Below, one piece after another: positions 26,109 to 34,788 of a stretch of 64,000 bases of DNA. Origin of the DNA: Phycisphaerae bacterium (GTDB taxonomy: Bacteria > Planctomycetota > Phycisphaerae > Sedimentisphaerales > Anaerobacaceae); assembly GCA_030604525.1 (NCBI GenBank), contig JAUVVQ010000005.1, forward strand, positions 15,162-79,161, written 5' to 3'. The notes beneath the pieces were generated by a model. That model searched no databases and had not been told where the DNA came from. It was given only the letters and a program-made list of their open reading frames with translations. A program made the position numbers and the translations under genes. Position 1 is the stretch's first letter, and every line of letters starts with the position of its first letter.

Positions 26109-26753
26109 ATGAGCAATGATAAAGAAATATTTGAAAAAATATATGAACAAGGAGCAGTCTGGACAGAATCCGAGCCACCTAAAGAATTGGTAAATTTAAT
26201 TCAGAGTGGAAAAGTTAAACCATGCAAGGTTCTTGATGTTGGATGTGGCGAAGGATTCTATGCTATTTATTTGGCTTCAAAAGGTTTTGAGGTAACAGGA
26301 ATAGACATATCAGAAAATGCTATAAAACTAGCAAAAGGAAATGCGGCGACACAAGGCGTAAAAATCAAATTTATGCCTCTTGATGTTGCAAATTTAGATA
26401 AAATAAATGACAAATTTGATTTTGTATTTGAATGGGCAATTTTGCATCATATAATCCCCGAGCAAAGACAAAAATATGTAGAGAACATTAAGGGGATTTT
26501 GAATAAAGATGGGAAGTATCTATCTGTTTGTTTTAATGATCAAAACCCTGACTTTGGACAGAAAGGCAAAAAATTAAGAATAATTCCTGAAGGTGCAAAA
26601 ATGCCTGCTGGCACAAGATTATATTATTCATCCCTTGAAGAAATGAAAATCTTATTTGAAACACATTTTCGTACAATTGATTCCAAACTGATTAAGATGA
26701 CAGCTGGTGGAAAAGAACATATTGGCAACTATTTTTTTATAGAAAAATACTAG
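26109..26753 (+). CDS. Class I SAM-dependent methyltransferase (small-molecule type)
   Basis: Motif I VLDVGCGEGFYAIYLASKG, then EVTGIDISENAI. Size and layout fit a Methyltransf_11/25-like enzyme. Confidence 0.8.
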   Translation: MSNDKEIFEKIYEQGAVWTESEPPKELVNLIQSGKVKPCKVLDVGCGEGFYAIYLASKGFEVTGIDISENAIKLAKGNAATQGVKIKFMPLDVANLDKINDKFDFVFEWAILHHIIPEQRQKYVENIKGILNKDGKYLSVCFNDQNPDFGQKGKKLRIIPEGAKMPAGTRLYYSSLEEMKILFETHFRTIDSKLIKMTAGGKEHIGNYFFIEKY

Positions 26754-26944
26754 CTTTTAAGTGGTTTGTAAATATGGTTAATGAGATTACATCAGAAGCA
26801 TGAATTAATGGCGAACTGAAAATTTTATTTCCTTAATTGAAGTAAGTGGAATTAACACATCAGTGTACCCATACAAAATCATAAGCATAATAAAATAAAA
26901 AGAGTAATTCAACCAATATACAATTTACAAATATAGGCGTTTAC

Positions 26945-28006
26945 ATGAAAATAAAACCTTACACAATGCTGTTGGTGATGATGGCAGGATGGCTAAACAG
27001 ACATCAGCAGGATGTGATTGAGTACCTCAAAGAAGAAAACAAGATTCTACGGGAAAAACTTGGTAACAAGCGAATACTTCTCAATGATAGTCAAAAAATG
27101 CATTTGTCTCGCTTGGGCAAGCGTTTAGGCAGAAAAGTATTAGAAGACGCCTGCTGTATATTTTCCCCAGACACAGTTCTCCGCTGGCATAGGTCCTTGG
27201 TTGCCCGGAAGTATGATGGATCAAAAAACCGTAAGCCCGGCAGAAAACGAATCACCTTGGAACTGGAACAACTCATCATCATGTTGGCCCGAAAGAATAA
27301 GACATGGGGTTCCCGTAGAATTAAGGGTGCGTTAAAGTATCTGGGCTACAAGATTTGCCATACTACGATTGATAACGTCCTTAAGCGGAATGGTTATGAT
27401 CCCAGTCCAGACCGAGGTAGAAAAACAAGATGGTCGGAATTCCTGAAATCCCATTGGGAGTCCCTTGCAGCTATCGATTTTTTCACGGTCGAAATTTATA
27501 CGTTGGCTGGCTTAACACGATATTATGTCCTTGTCTGTATTGATTATGCTACTCGTAAAGTTGAAATTGTAGGAATATCTCAGCAGCCATACGGTGATTG
27601 GATGAACCAAATGGCTCGCAATCTGACAGACCCATTTGAAGGATTTCTAAAGGGCAAGAAATACATTATCCACGATAGAGACCCTTTGTTCAGTAAAGAG
27701 TTTCGTCAGATATTGAAGTCCTCTGGGGTTAGACCAATCCGAACGCTCCCTATGTCACCTCATTTAAATTGTCTGATTGAAAGGTTCGTCCGGACCATAA
27801 AAAGTGAGTGTCTAAATCGGATGCTCATCTTCGGAGAACGTCATTTAGAATATTTGACCAATGAATTCGTTCAGCATTATCATAAAGAGCGAGCACATCA
27901 AGGTCTTGACAATGAAATCATCGAACCTCCTCCCCAGGGAACAGGAGAAATAGTCTGTCAGGAGCGGCTTGGCGGGCTGTTGAAATTCTACAGGAGGGCC
28001 GCTTAA
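26945..28006 (+). CDS. DDE (rve/integrase-core) transposase, IS481/IS3-like, apparently intact
   Basis: N-terminal HTH region, then D (AAIDFF), D (IHDRDPLF) and E (LIERFVRTIK), with a C-terminal YHKERAHQGL. Terminal inverted repeats were not identified. Confidence 0.8.
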   Translation: MKIKPYTMLLVMMAGWLNRHQQDVIEYLKEENKILREKLGNKRILLNDSQKMHLSRLGKRLGRKVLEDACCIFSPDTVLRWHRSLVARKYDGSKNRKPGRKRITLELEQLIIMLARKNKTWGSRRIKGALKYLGYKICHTTIDNVLKRNGYDPSPDRGRKTRWSEFLKSHWESLAAIDFFTVEIYTLAGLTRYYVLVCIDYATRKVEIVGISQQPYGDWMNQMARNLTDPFEGFLKGKKYIIHDRDPLFSKEFRQILKSSGVRPIRTLPMSPHLNCLIERFVRTIKSECLNRMLIFGERHLEYLTNEFVQHYHKERAHQGLDNEIIEPPPQGTGEIVCQERLGGLLKFYRRAA

Positions 28007-28347
28007 TGGGTAGGATGAGTAAATTTACATTACTCAGAGCAGGGATAGCAATATCTTCCTCGAAGATTTATCCTATAAAAGAAAAGCTTTTGGATTTTGA
28101 AAAAAAGCTTGATAAACTTCTTTACTACTTCACCCCACGGTGCTATCTGACCACAACCTTTTCAAAACGAAGCATCATTTTAAGTTATTCAAACACAAAT
28201 CAGGTTAATCCGAGTCTTGAATCTGCAACAGAATTTGCAACAAGTTGGCGCCTTTAGGCTACTATTGCGGTACTGTTGCGATTCGGTCACCATCATAAGT
28301 CGTTATTTGACAGTTATTAATCGTTTATTCACAAGCACTTACAAAAC

Positions 28348-28387
28348 CCCTGAACGGACTGAAAATCCGTGTGTCGGCGGTTCAGGG
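28348..28387 (-). terminator. Hairpin downstream of tRNA-Thr (probable terminator)
   Basis: 8-bp stem CCCTGAAC/GTTCAGGG. On the minus strand it is followed by GTTTTGT. Confidence 0.35.
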
Positions 28388-28392
28388 TAAAA

Positions 28393-28464
28393 AGCCAACG
28401 GTCGGATTCGAACCGACAACCCCTGGTTTACAAAACCAGAGCTCTACCATTGAGCTACGTTGGC
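28393..28464 (-). tRNA. tRNA-Thr (anticodon UGU), 72 nt, no encoded CCA
   Basis: Cloverleaf read by hand. Acceptor stem GCCAACG/CGTTGGC. D arm GCTC-AATGGTA-GAGC. Anticodon arm CTGGT-TTTGTAA-ACCAG. T arm GTCGG-TTCGAAT-CCGAC. Discriminator U. Confidence 0.85.
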
Positions 28465-28762
28465 GTAAGAGTTTTCTGTTTGAGCAACAAACAGGAAATG
28501 TCTTGACGTTAGCTATTGATGATTATAAATAGATGTGCAGGACAATCAAGGGCAAAAAACCGGTTGAAGGAAGTTGTGTTTAACGAGGCAGGCAAGCTTG
28601 ATTTTAAAATGAAAGGGGAAGGAGAATGAATACCGGATAATGAAGGAGCGGTTCGTAGATGTACGAGGTGGTAGTTTGAAGGAATCGGTGGAAGAATTAC
28701 TTTTTGATACAAAAGAGGCGACAAATTGAAGCTGTGCTGTTAGTGCGGCTGATTTTTCGAGT

Positions 28763-30121
28763 TTAGATTTCAGAGTATGAGGATGGGTTGTAGCTGAGGA
28801 CTCGCCATAAGTCGAAGCCGGCCGGCACCTCGACGGTGGTTGCTCTATCGAAAATCATTGTGGGATTGCCGATGACACTCAGAGGTTCATCGGAATAGTT
28901 AATGATGGTACCGTTTATTTCTGCGTTTACGTTTCCAGAAAATTTTGCTCCGTTAACAGCGACGATACCGTCCAAGGTATTGAAGTTTCCTTCGAAGAAA
29001 GTGAAGAATGTAGGGGTAAGGATAGATGAGCCGGTTTCATCGCGGATAGCATCGAATTCGCTTCCGGCAGGACATGAACCGGTGGCGAAATTTCCGACGA
29101 ATGTTATAGAGTTATACTCCTTGTAATCAGTATTTCCATCACCAACGATGATTCCATTTTGCTGAACGTTGCCGTCGAATTGTACTATATTCGGTGATTC
29201 AATAAGCAGGATTCCATTTATCGTGACGTTGCTTTCGAAGATGGGGTTTGTGCCGGCTTTTATAGTTGCGTTTGTAAGTATCATACTTTTTGTTGTATCG
29301 GTGGAGGCGTTGATAATGTCTCCTGTGGCGTATTGGGTAAATTGCTGTGTATCAGCAATAGGGAATTCGACGGGGTCGACACCTGTGAAAATGTGGTTAT
29401 CGATAGCGGTTTGTCCCCAGTCTCCTGCTATTAGTACGTCGCCGTCGAAATCGACGCTGGCATTTGGATTGTAGATATTTATATCGCCGTCGAGGTTTAT
29501 GTTTCCGCCTGCATAAAGAGCGACAAGGTCATTTGGGCATTCTATATAGATGTCACCTTCCCAGTTGTAGGTATCTCCTCTTATGGTGGGATTTCCCGGG
29601 AACCAGAGCGCTCCTTTAGTAGCCAGGCCGTAATTGAAGATGGGGAATTTATATGGGTCTATCTGGAAAGCGACTCTGATGTTTTTTTTGTAATCTCCGG
29701 CATAGCCGGTTATATCAGTTTTCAGGTTAGTAGGATTATTCGGGTCGATTTGCAGTTGAACTGAGAAATTTTGTTGCGTATTTGAATTTAGAGTTACTTG
29801 TTCAATAAAGCCGTTATCATCCAGGTTGATATTTGTGATTTGATTATCGGCTAAATCGGATTGCAAGTGGTCGATTATCGTATCGAAGTATTCAGAGGTA
29901 GGCGTGGAGCTTGGGAGCATAATGTGACTTAGCCAGAAGTGGATAATCTGTAGTCCGGATTCGGCTGAGGCCCTTGCATGATTTGCATTTCTCTGGTTTT
30001 GAGCGATTTTAAGGTTGGTATTACATATCGCCGCTACACCGACCGAGAGGGCGGAGAAGATTAGTATAAACATCAACGATATGATAAGGACAGAAGCTTT
30101 TGAATTTTTACGAAACTTCAT
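28763..30121 (-). CDS. PilX-N-like pseudopilin/pilus-associated protein with a beta-helix-like body
   Basis: The start at 30121 has an AGGAGG SD. An N-terminal hydrophobic segment (VLIISLMFILIFSAL) is followed by IAQNQRNANHARASAESGL, which resembles the PilX_N pattern. The rest is rich in G/N/D repeats. Confidence 0.5.
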   Translation of the reverse strand: MKFRKNSKASVLIISLMFILIFSALSVGVAAICNTNLKIAQNQRNANHARASAESGLQIIHFWLSHIMLPSSTPTSEYFDTIIDHLQSDLADNQITNINLDDNGFIEQVTLNSNTQQNFSVQLQIDPNNPTNLKTDITGYAGDYKKNIRVAFQIDPYKFPIFNYGLATKGALWFPGNPTIRGDTYNWEGDIYIECPNDLVALYAGGNINLDGDINIYNPNASVDFDGDVLIAGDWGQTAIDNHIFTGVDPVEFPIADTQQFTQYATGDIINASTDTTKSMILTNATIKAGTNPIFESNVTINGILLIESPNIVQFDGNVQQNGIIVGDGNTDYKEYNSITFVGNFATGSCPAGSEFDAIRDETGSSILTPTFFTFFEGNFNTLDGIVAVNGAKFSGNVNAEINGTIINYSDEPLSVIGNPTMIFDRATTVEVPAGFDLWRVLSYNPSSYSEI

Positions 30122-30511
30122 TTTATTCCTCCTGATTGATTTTTCGTGAGAATATTTGCATATATCCAAAACGGCTTCTATGAAAAGTATAAAAAATAAC
30201 GTGGACTACACCAAAAGTGACGTCTCAGTTTTTGAAATTTACAAGAGGGATAAAGTTTTGTTGTCAGAAGATGAAGTGTATTGCTGGTTTATTTTTCAGG
30301 GATTTTATTGGACCATAATAGAGATGGTTAAAAGGAGAGGAATAAAAACTTTTATCAAATTTAATTTTGCGCTCTGGTTATGAAGCAATTGCAAATTTCG
30401 GGATATTGGTTACAATGTTTTTATCTGCTGATTGTAAGGTCAGGGGTTTTTGAAGGTGGTTTTGAATTAAGGCCTGATTTTCTCGGAAACAGGTGCATTA
30501 AGGATATTTGG

Positions 30512-31600
30512 ATGGCGGAAGCAGTTAGATTACAACGGTTCGGCGAGACGATGGATAGCGGGGTCATTGTGGATTGTAAAATTGCCCTCGGTGATGAAGT
30601 TGAAAAGGGGGATGTGATATTTGAGATAGAGACGGATAAGGTAACACTTGAGATTGAGTCAACGGGTTCAGGGTTTGTGAAAGCCGTTTTGGCGAAGCCG
30701 GAGCAGAGCGTATCGGTGGGGGATGCGTTAGTGCTATTGGGTAAGAAAGATGAGGAGGTTGCGCAGGATTTTATCGATTCTTTGAAGGCCGAAGCAGGAA
30801 AAGAGGAGCTGAAAAGTCAAACTTCACAATCAGTTCAGAGCGGGAAAGGTATGGCGGAGATAACGAGAGCAGATTTGAAGGAAAGTTCAGGGGATGAATC
30901 GGATGTAGGCGAGATAAGGCCCGGCGGTAAAGTCCGGCTTACGAAGATGCAGCAACTTACAGCCGAGCGCATGCTTGAATCGAAACGTCAGATACCCTGT
31001 TTTTATTTGAATGTTGAAGTGGATGTTACTGAGCTTGTTGCAGTTCGCAAGCGGCTGAATGAGAAGAGGGAAGCGAAAATTTCCTATAACGATTTTCTGA
31101 TTAAAGCGGCTGCGATGGGCATTGAGAAGATTCCGATTATGAGCGGTCAGGTGGAGGATGAATTTATTCGGTTAGCGGATAGTATTAACGTTGGTCTGGC
31201 AGTATCTGGGCCGAGAGGTTTGGTGGTTCCGGTAGTAAAGGATGTACCCAAAAAGACTATAGAACAGATAGCTAAGCAGGCCGATGAGCTTATAGAAAAG
31301 GCAAAGGAAGGGAAATTAGAGCTTACTGATATTGAGGGAGCTTGTATAACCATCAGCAATCTGGGCGGTTTCGGCGTGGATTCGTTCATCCCCATAGTTA
31401 TTCCGGGCCAGTGTAGTATAGTTGGTGTCGGCCACATAAGGGAGGTCTTCGAAGCGGAAAGAGAGGAAGAGTCGCATCGGAAAAAGATGACTATTAACCT
31501 TTCTGTGGACCATAAAGTTGCCAACGGTTCTCAGGCGTCTCAGTTTCTTGATTTTGTAAGGAGATTTCTGGAAGAGCCCGAAACTCTGCTGCAAAGTTAG
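30512..31600 (+). CDS. 2-oxoacid dehydrogenase E2 component (dihydrolipoamide acyltransferase)
   Basis: Lipoyl domain EIETDKVTLEIES. Catalytic domain ending in LSVDHKVANGSQASQFL. The start was chosen at the internal Met with an AAGGA SD; the ORF track gives 30380. Confidence 0.85.
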   Translation: MAEAVRLQRFGETMDSGVIVDCKIALGDEVEKGDVIFEIETDKVTLEIESTGSGFVKAVLAKPEQSVSVGDALVLLGKKDEEVAQDFIDSLKAEAGKEELKSQTSQSVQSGKGMAEITRADLKESSGDESDVGEIRPGGKVRLTKMQQLTAERMLESKRQIPCFYLNVEVDVTELVAVRKRLNEKREAKISYNDFLIKAAAMGIEKIPIMSGQVEDEFIRLADSINVGLAVSGPRGLVVPVVKDVPKKTIEQIAKQADELIEKAKEGKLELTDIEGACITISNLGGFGVDSFIPIVIPGQCSIVGVGHIREVFEAEREEESHRKKMTINLSVDHKVANGSQASQFLDFVRRFLEEPETLLQS

Positions 31601-31613
31601 GAGTCCGTCAAGA

Positions 31614-33461
31614 TTAAGGTGTGGTTGGTTTTAATATTTTGAATTTTCCAAAGTAACCTTCTGGCTGACTGATGATATAATCTACGAATATGCCGAAATA
31701 TTTTTTTACTTTTTCGAATTCCGGCAGCTTTGAGGTATCGAACAAATCCTGAGAAAACATCATTTTCGGGAAGGTTCCAGCAGTAGATGTCATGCCGAGT
31801 TTCATTGCGTTTTCGTCTTTATTTTTTGCGATTTCTGCACTTTTTTTCATCATTGCCCAGAAGGTTTGCATTGCAGTTCTGGTATTTTCCACACCAGAGA
31901 AGCCGGCGACTGAAGGCAGGGCGGACAAAGCATCTCTGAGCCATTTTGTCGAGGATATTGAAGTGTCATCTGAACTGTTAATGGTGCGGATAGCTTTTTC
32001 GATGACATTTTCCGTAGAGAAGATGAAGTGTGTATCGGTAACGGTAAAGGCGAATTTTGGGAATTGCAAAGGAGTTACATTTTCAGGTGTTGCCATTGGT
32101 GTTTTTCCCATCGGCAGGAAAGGTATGGCTGGTAGGTCAATGAGATAAATAGTATGGCCCAGGAGCTGGCGTTTCGCATCGGCGTTGTTCGGAGCGATTA
32201 TATTCGAGTGCAGCAGCGACAGGGATTTTTCGAGTAGCTGCGGGTTTGCTGCTGAGAAGGCGACGAGAGTTTCTGTTCTGGCTGGTTGTGAGGCGTCGGC
32301 GTTTTCTTCGACACCTGAAGCGAAGACAATTTGTGAACCTAAGTGGCTGATAAAATCTTTTTTCAGCTCGAGGGTTGTCCGGCCTGCAGAGGGAGGAAGC
32401 GGTATTGGTGTGAAAAGTAAAGAAGCATATTGCGGGGAGAAGCTGGTCAGGATGTTTGTCAGCTCGTTGAATGCTTTGTTGATATCGAGATTCCAAAAAG
32501 AGACTGAAGAGAAAGACGAAGGGATGAAAGCGGGTGGTTCAAAAGTTGCAGATTCGGGTTCGAGCATCTTGCAGATACCTTTTTTTTCTCCATTGATTCT
32601 AAGCAGGGCATTCCCCTGCCAGGTATATTGCGGCCCTCTTGCGATACCGACAGAGCCGGAGAGGGAGGCGAGATTGTCCAGACCGAGACTTTCGATTGCA
32701 GTTTTGCTATCGGGTCTTTGTCGGAGGAGGATTTTGTAAATCTCTTTTAAGTTCAGGTACAGGTTGATATCCGGAAAGGTGGTTATTTGTTCGAGGCAGT
32801 TGTGATAATTTGTTTGGTCAGCTAATGTTGGGCTTGCTGCGCCCTGGCTGTGTGCGATGGCGAATTTGAGCAATTCGATGTCTTCAGAGCCGAGCAGAAA
32901 ATCTTCGATGAAGCAATAATGGATAGGCGAAGAAAAGCCGTAGCCGAACCTTTCTCCTGCTGCGATGATTGTGTTAATCTCTACATCCCGAAATCGCTCT
33001 TGTTTTTTGTGTGCCCCCTTGTCGATTAGTTTGTTTACGGTTTCGTCAGCGGCCAGTTTTATTTTATCGATTTCACCGCCCCATTGAATCAGGAAGAAAG
33101 CCATAGGTTCACTTTCTTTTTCGGCTTTTTTGTTATGAACCAGGGCAAAAGAGATTCTTCCCTGGGGTAGGATTTTGTCCTCGAAGATAGTGGTTAAGAT
33201 TTTGTTTTGTTTTTGTTTGATTTTGTTGAGCCATTTTTCTTTTGCATCGTCGATGAATTCGGCCATTGCCGGGTCTTTGTAGAGTTTGTACAGGTTTGTT
33301 TGCTGGAATTGCCCTTTGAGCTTGGTGAAATCCGCTGCATTTACCAACAATATAGTTTCAGTAGGGAGAAGCTTTTCCGTTTTCGGTAAAGGATTGGCTT
33401 TGGCGGTTGGTGTAAGGGCTGCAATTAGAATAAGTAGAGCAGTTTGCAAAAGGTTATTCAT
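31614..33461 (-). CDS. Secreted hypothetical protein (615 aa)
   Basis: Signal peptide MNNLLQTALLILIAALTPTAKA. No domain recognised. Confidence 0.6.
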   Translation of the reverse strand: MNNLLQTALLILIAALTPTAKANPLPKTEKLLPTETILLVNAADFTKLKGQFQQTNLYKLYKDPAMAEFIDDAKEKWLNKIKQKQNKILTTIFEDKILPQGRISFALVHNKKAEKESEPMAFFLIQWGGEIDKIKLAADETVNKLIDKGAHKKQERFRDVEINTIIAAGERFGYGFSSPIHYCFIEDFLLGSEDIELLKFAIAHSQGAASPTLADQTNYHNCLEQITTFPDINLYLNLKEIYKILLRQRPDSKTAIESLGLDNLASLSGSVGIARGPQYTWQGNALLRINGEKKGICKMLEPESATFEPPAFIPSSFSSVSFWNLDINKAFNELTNILTSFSPQYASLLFTPIPLPPSAGRTTLELKKDFISHLGSQIVFASGVEENADASQPARTETLVAFSAANPQLLEKSLSLLHSNIIAPNNADAKRQLLGHTIYLIDLPAIPFLPMGKTPMATPENVTPLQFPKFAFTVTDTHFIFSTENVIEKAIRTINSSDDTSISSTKWLRDALSALPSVAGFSGVENTRTAMQTFWAMMKKSAEIAKNKDENAMKLGMTSTAGTFPKMMFSQDLFDTSKLPEFEKVKKYFGIFVDYIISQPEGYFGKFKILKPTTP

Positions 33462-33501
33462 TTGTTTCCTTTTTTTGATTTGCTTATTGGCTTTTGGAAT
33501 T

Positions 33502-34521
33502 TTATTTTTTCTTTTCTTTCAGGAAATTTGGTTTATTCGGATTTTTTCTTCTGTCCGGCTGGAGATATCTGAATCCCGTATTTGGATTGTCTTTGTCATA
33601 TACGAAGGCGTCTCTGTTTTCGATAAAGTTTTTGACGTAGTTTACAGGTATAGCAAACCCGAGTCCTCCGTAGAAAATATATCCCATATTTGTAACGCCG
33701 ATAACTTCTCCTGCGAGATTAAACAATGGCCCGCCGGAATTACCGGGATTGATATCTGCGTTGGTCTGGACGTAAACCAGTCCTTTAAAGGCGCGGTTGG
33801 TTGTGCTGATAACGCCGTTTGTAATAGTCCTTTCCAGGCCGAGGGGATTACCGATGGCGAAGGTCTTTTGACCTATCTGAATGTCCCGGATGTCCCCGAG
33901 ATAAGCGAACTTGATTTTTTCGCTGCCGGGGTCTTCGAGTTTTAGCAAAGCTAAATCGATGAAAGGGTTGATTGCGACGATTTTTACTTTTTTGAATTTC
34001 TTCTTCTCGAAGCCGTCTTTTACTTTTTTGAACGCTGTTACTTCAATTTTTGTTTCTTTCTCTATGACGTGATAATTTGTTATCAGGAAACCTTGTTCGT
34101 TGATAAAAAATCCCGAGCCGGTTCCTGCGGGGCTTGAGATTTTCACGACGGCTTCTGAAAACCTTTTCACGCAGTTTTCGATAGTTGTTTTTTGAAGGTT
34201 TGCAGTTCGATATAACTGGTTGGTCGGATTGTTTGCGTGTGGCGCATCAGTTTGCCGGGCGGGCGTGTTAACGTCTGGCTGATTGGCCTCGGCGGTCTGT
34301 GCGGCTGTTTTGAGAGCATACTCATATTTTAGTATTTCGTTTTTCGGTATGCTTAAGATGTCTATGCCGATATCGAGGACTAATTTTTTTTCTTTTTCAG
34401 CAAGTATATCTCCGCTGAGGCGGTTTCCGTTTTTCAGGACGATGGTATCAGCCAGGGAAGGCGTGATGGATGCTATGAGCAAAAAGAAAAAGAAGTTCCT
34501 GATTTTTATACTTTTGTACAT
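33502..34521 (-). CDS. Trypsin-like serine protease (S1C, HtrA-like, no PDZ domain evident)
   Basis: Catalytic triad contexts ITNYHVIE (His), DLALLKL (Asp), GNSGGPLFN (Ser). Signal peptide present. Confidence 0.85.
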   Translation of the reverse strand: MYKSIKIRNFFFFLLIASITPSLADTIVLKNGNRLSGDILAEKEKKLVLDIGIDILSIPKNEILKYEYALKTAAQTAEANQPDVNTPARQTDAPHANNPTNQLYRTANLQKTTIENCVKRFSEAVVKISSPAGTGSGFFINEQGFLITNYHVIEKETKIEVTAFKKVKDGFEKKKFKKVKIVAINPFIDLALLKLEDPGSEKIKFAYLGDIRDIQIGQKTFAIGNPLGLERTITNGVISTTNRAFKGLVYVQTNADINPGNSGGPLFNLAGEVIGVTNMGYIFYGGLGFAIPVNYVKNFIENRDAFVYDKDNPNTGFRYLQPDRRKNPNKPNFLKEKKK

Positions 34522-34788
34522 TTAGCTGCTCCCGAAACGGGTGGAATTATACTTTTTAAAGCCGGGTTAATTTTAGGATATTTTTGTTCTTTAAGCAAAT
34601 AGAAAACGAGGAACTTTGTGGTTCTGCATTCCTCGGTTGATAATGAGCGTGAGGATAGCTGTTTGTTTTTTGTGATATTGCTTTTAAAGACCGGTGTATC
34701 GGCATTGTAGAATTTTGTTGCAAAGTGATTGTTATTATAGAAAAATGGTGGATTAAATAATTCAGCTTTTAAAGGGCGTCATTTTAAA

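Larger units (their letters stand above)
1..28392. mobile_element. Mosaic genomic/defence island abutting the 3' end of tRNA-Thr; left boundary is outside the window
   Basis: Contains a tyrosine recombinase, an Xis-like HTH, two R-M-type modules, IS remnants, an intact transposase and a DUF2958 (plasmid/ICE-type) gene. It looks more AT-rich than the downstream core by eye. The tRNA 3' end faces the island. Confidence 0.5.

Noticed and set aside
26760-28330. An attempt to define the terminal inverted repeats and target duplication of the IS that carries the intact transposase.
   Set aside because: Only very short TGTAAAT-type matches were seen by eye, which is not convincing. The IS boundaries are left undefined and need ISfinder or a self-alignment.
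28348-28387. On the plus strand, the sequence ACGGACTGAAAATCCGTGTGTCGGCGGTTCA resembles a tRNA-Phe(GAA) anticodon arm, variable loop and half a T arm. It could be taken for a tRNA fragment or att remnant.
   Set aside because: It has no acceptor stem, no D arm and no complete T arm. The flanking 8-bp stem CCCTGAAC/GTTCAGGG followed by a T-run on the minus strand is better explained as the terminator hairpin of the adjacent tRNA-Thr.
30380-30511. The N-terminal 44-codon extension of the E2 ORF given in the ORF track (MKQLQISGYWLQCF...).
   Set aside because: The extension is hydrophobic and junk-like. The lipoyl domain begins right after the internal Met at 30512, which has an AAGGA SD. The shorter start is preferred.
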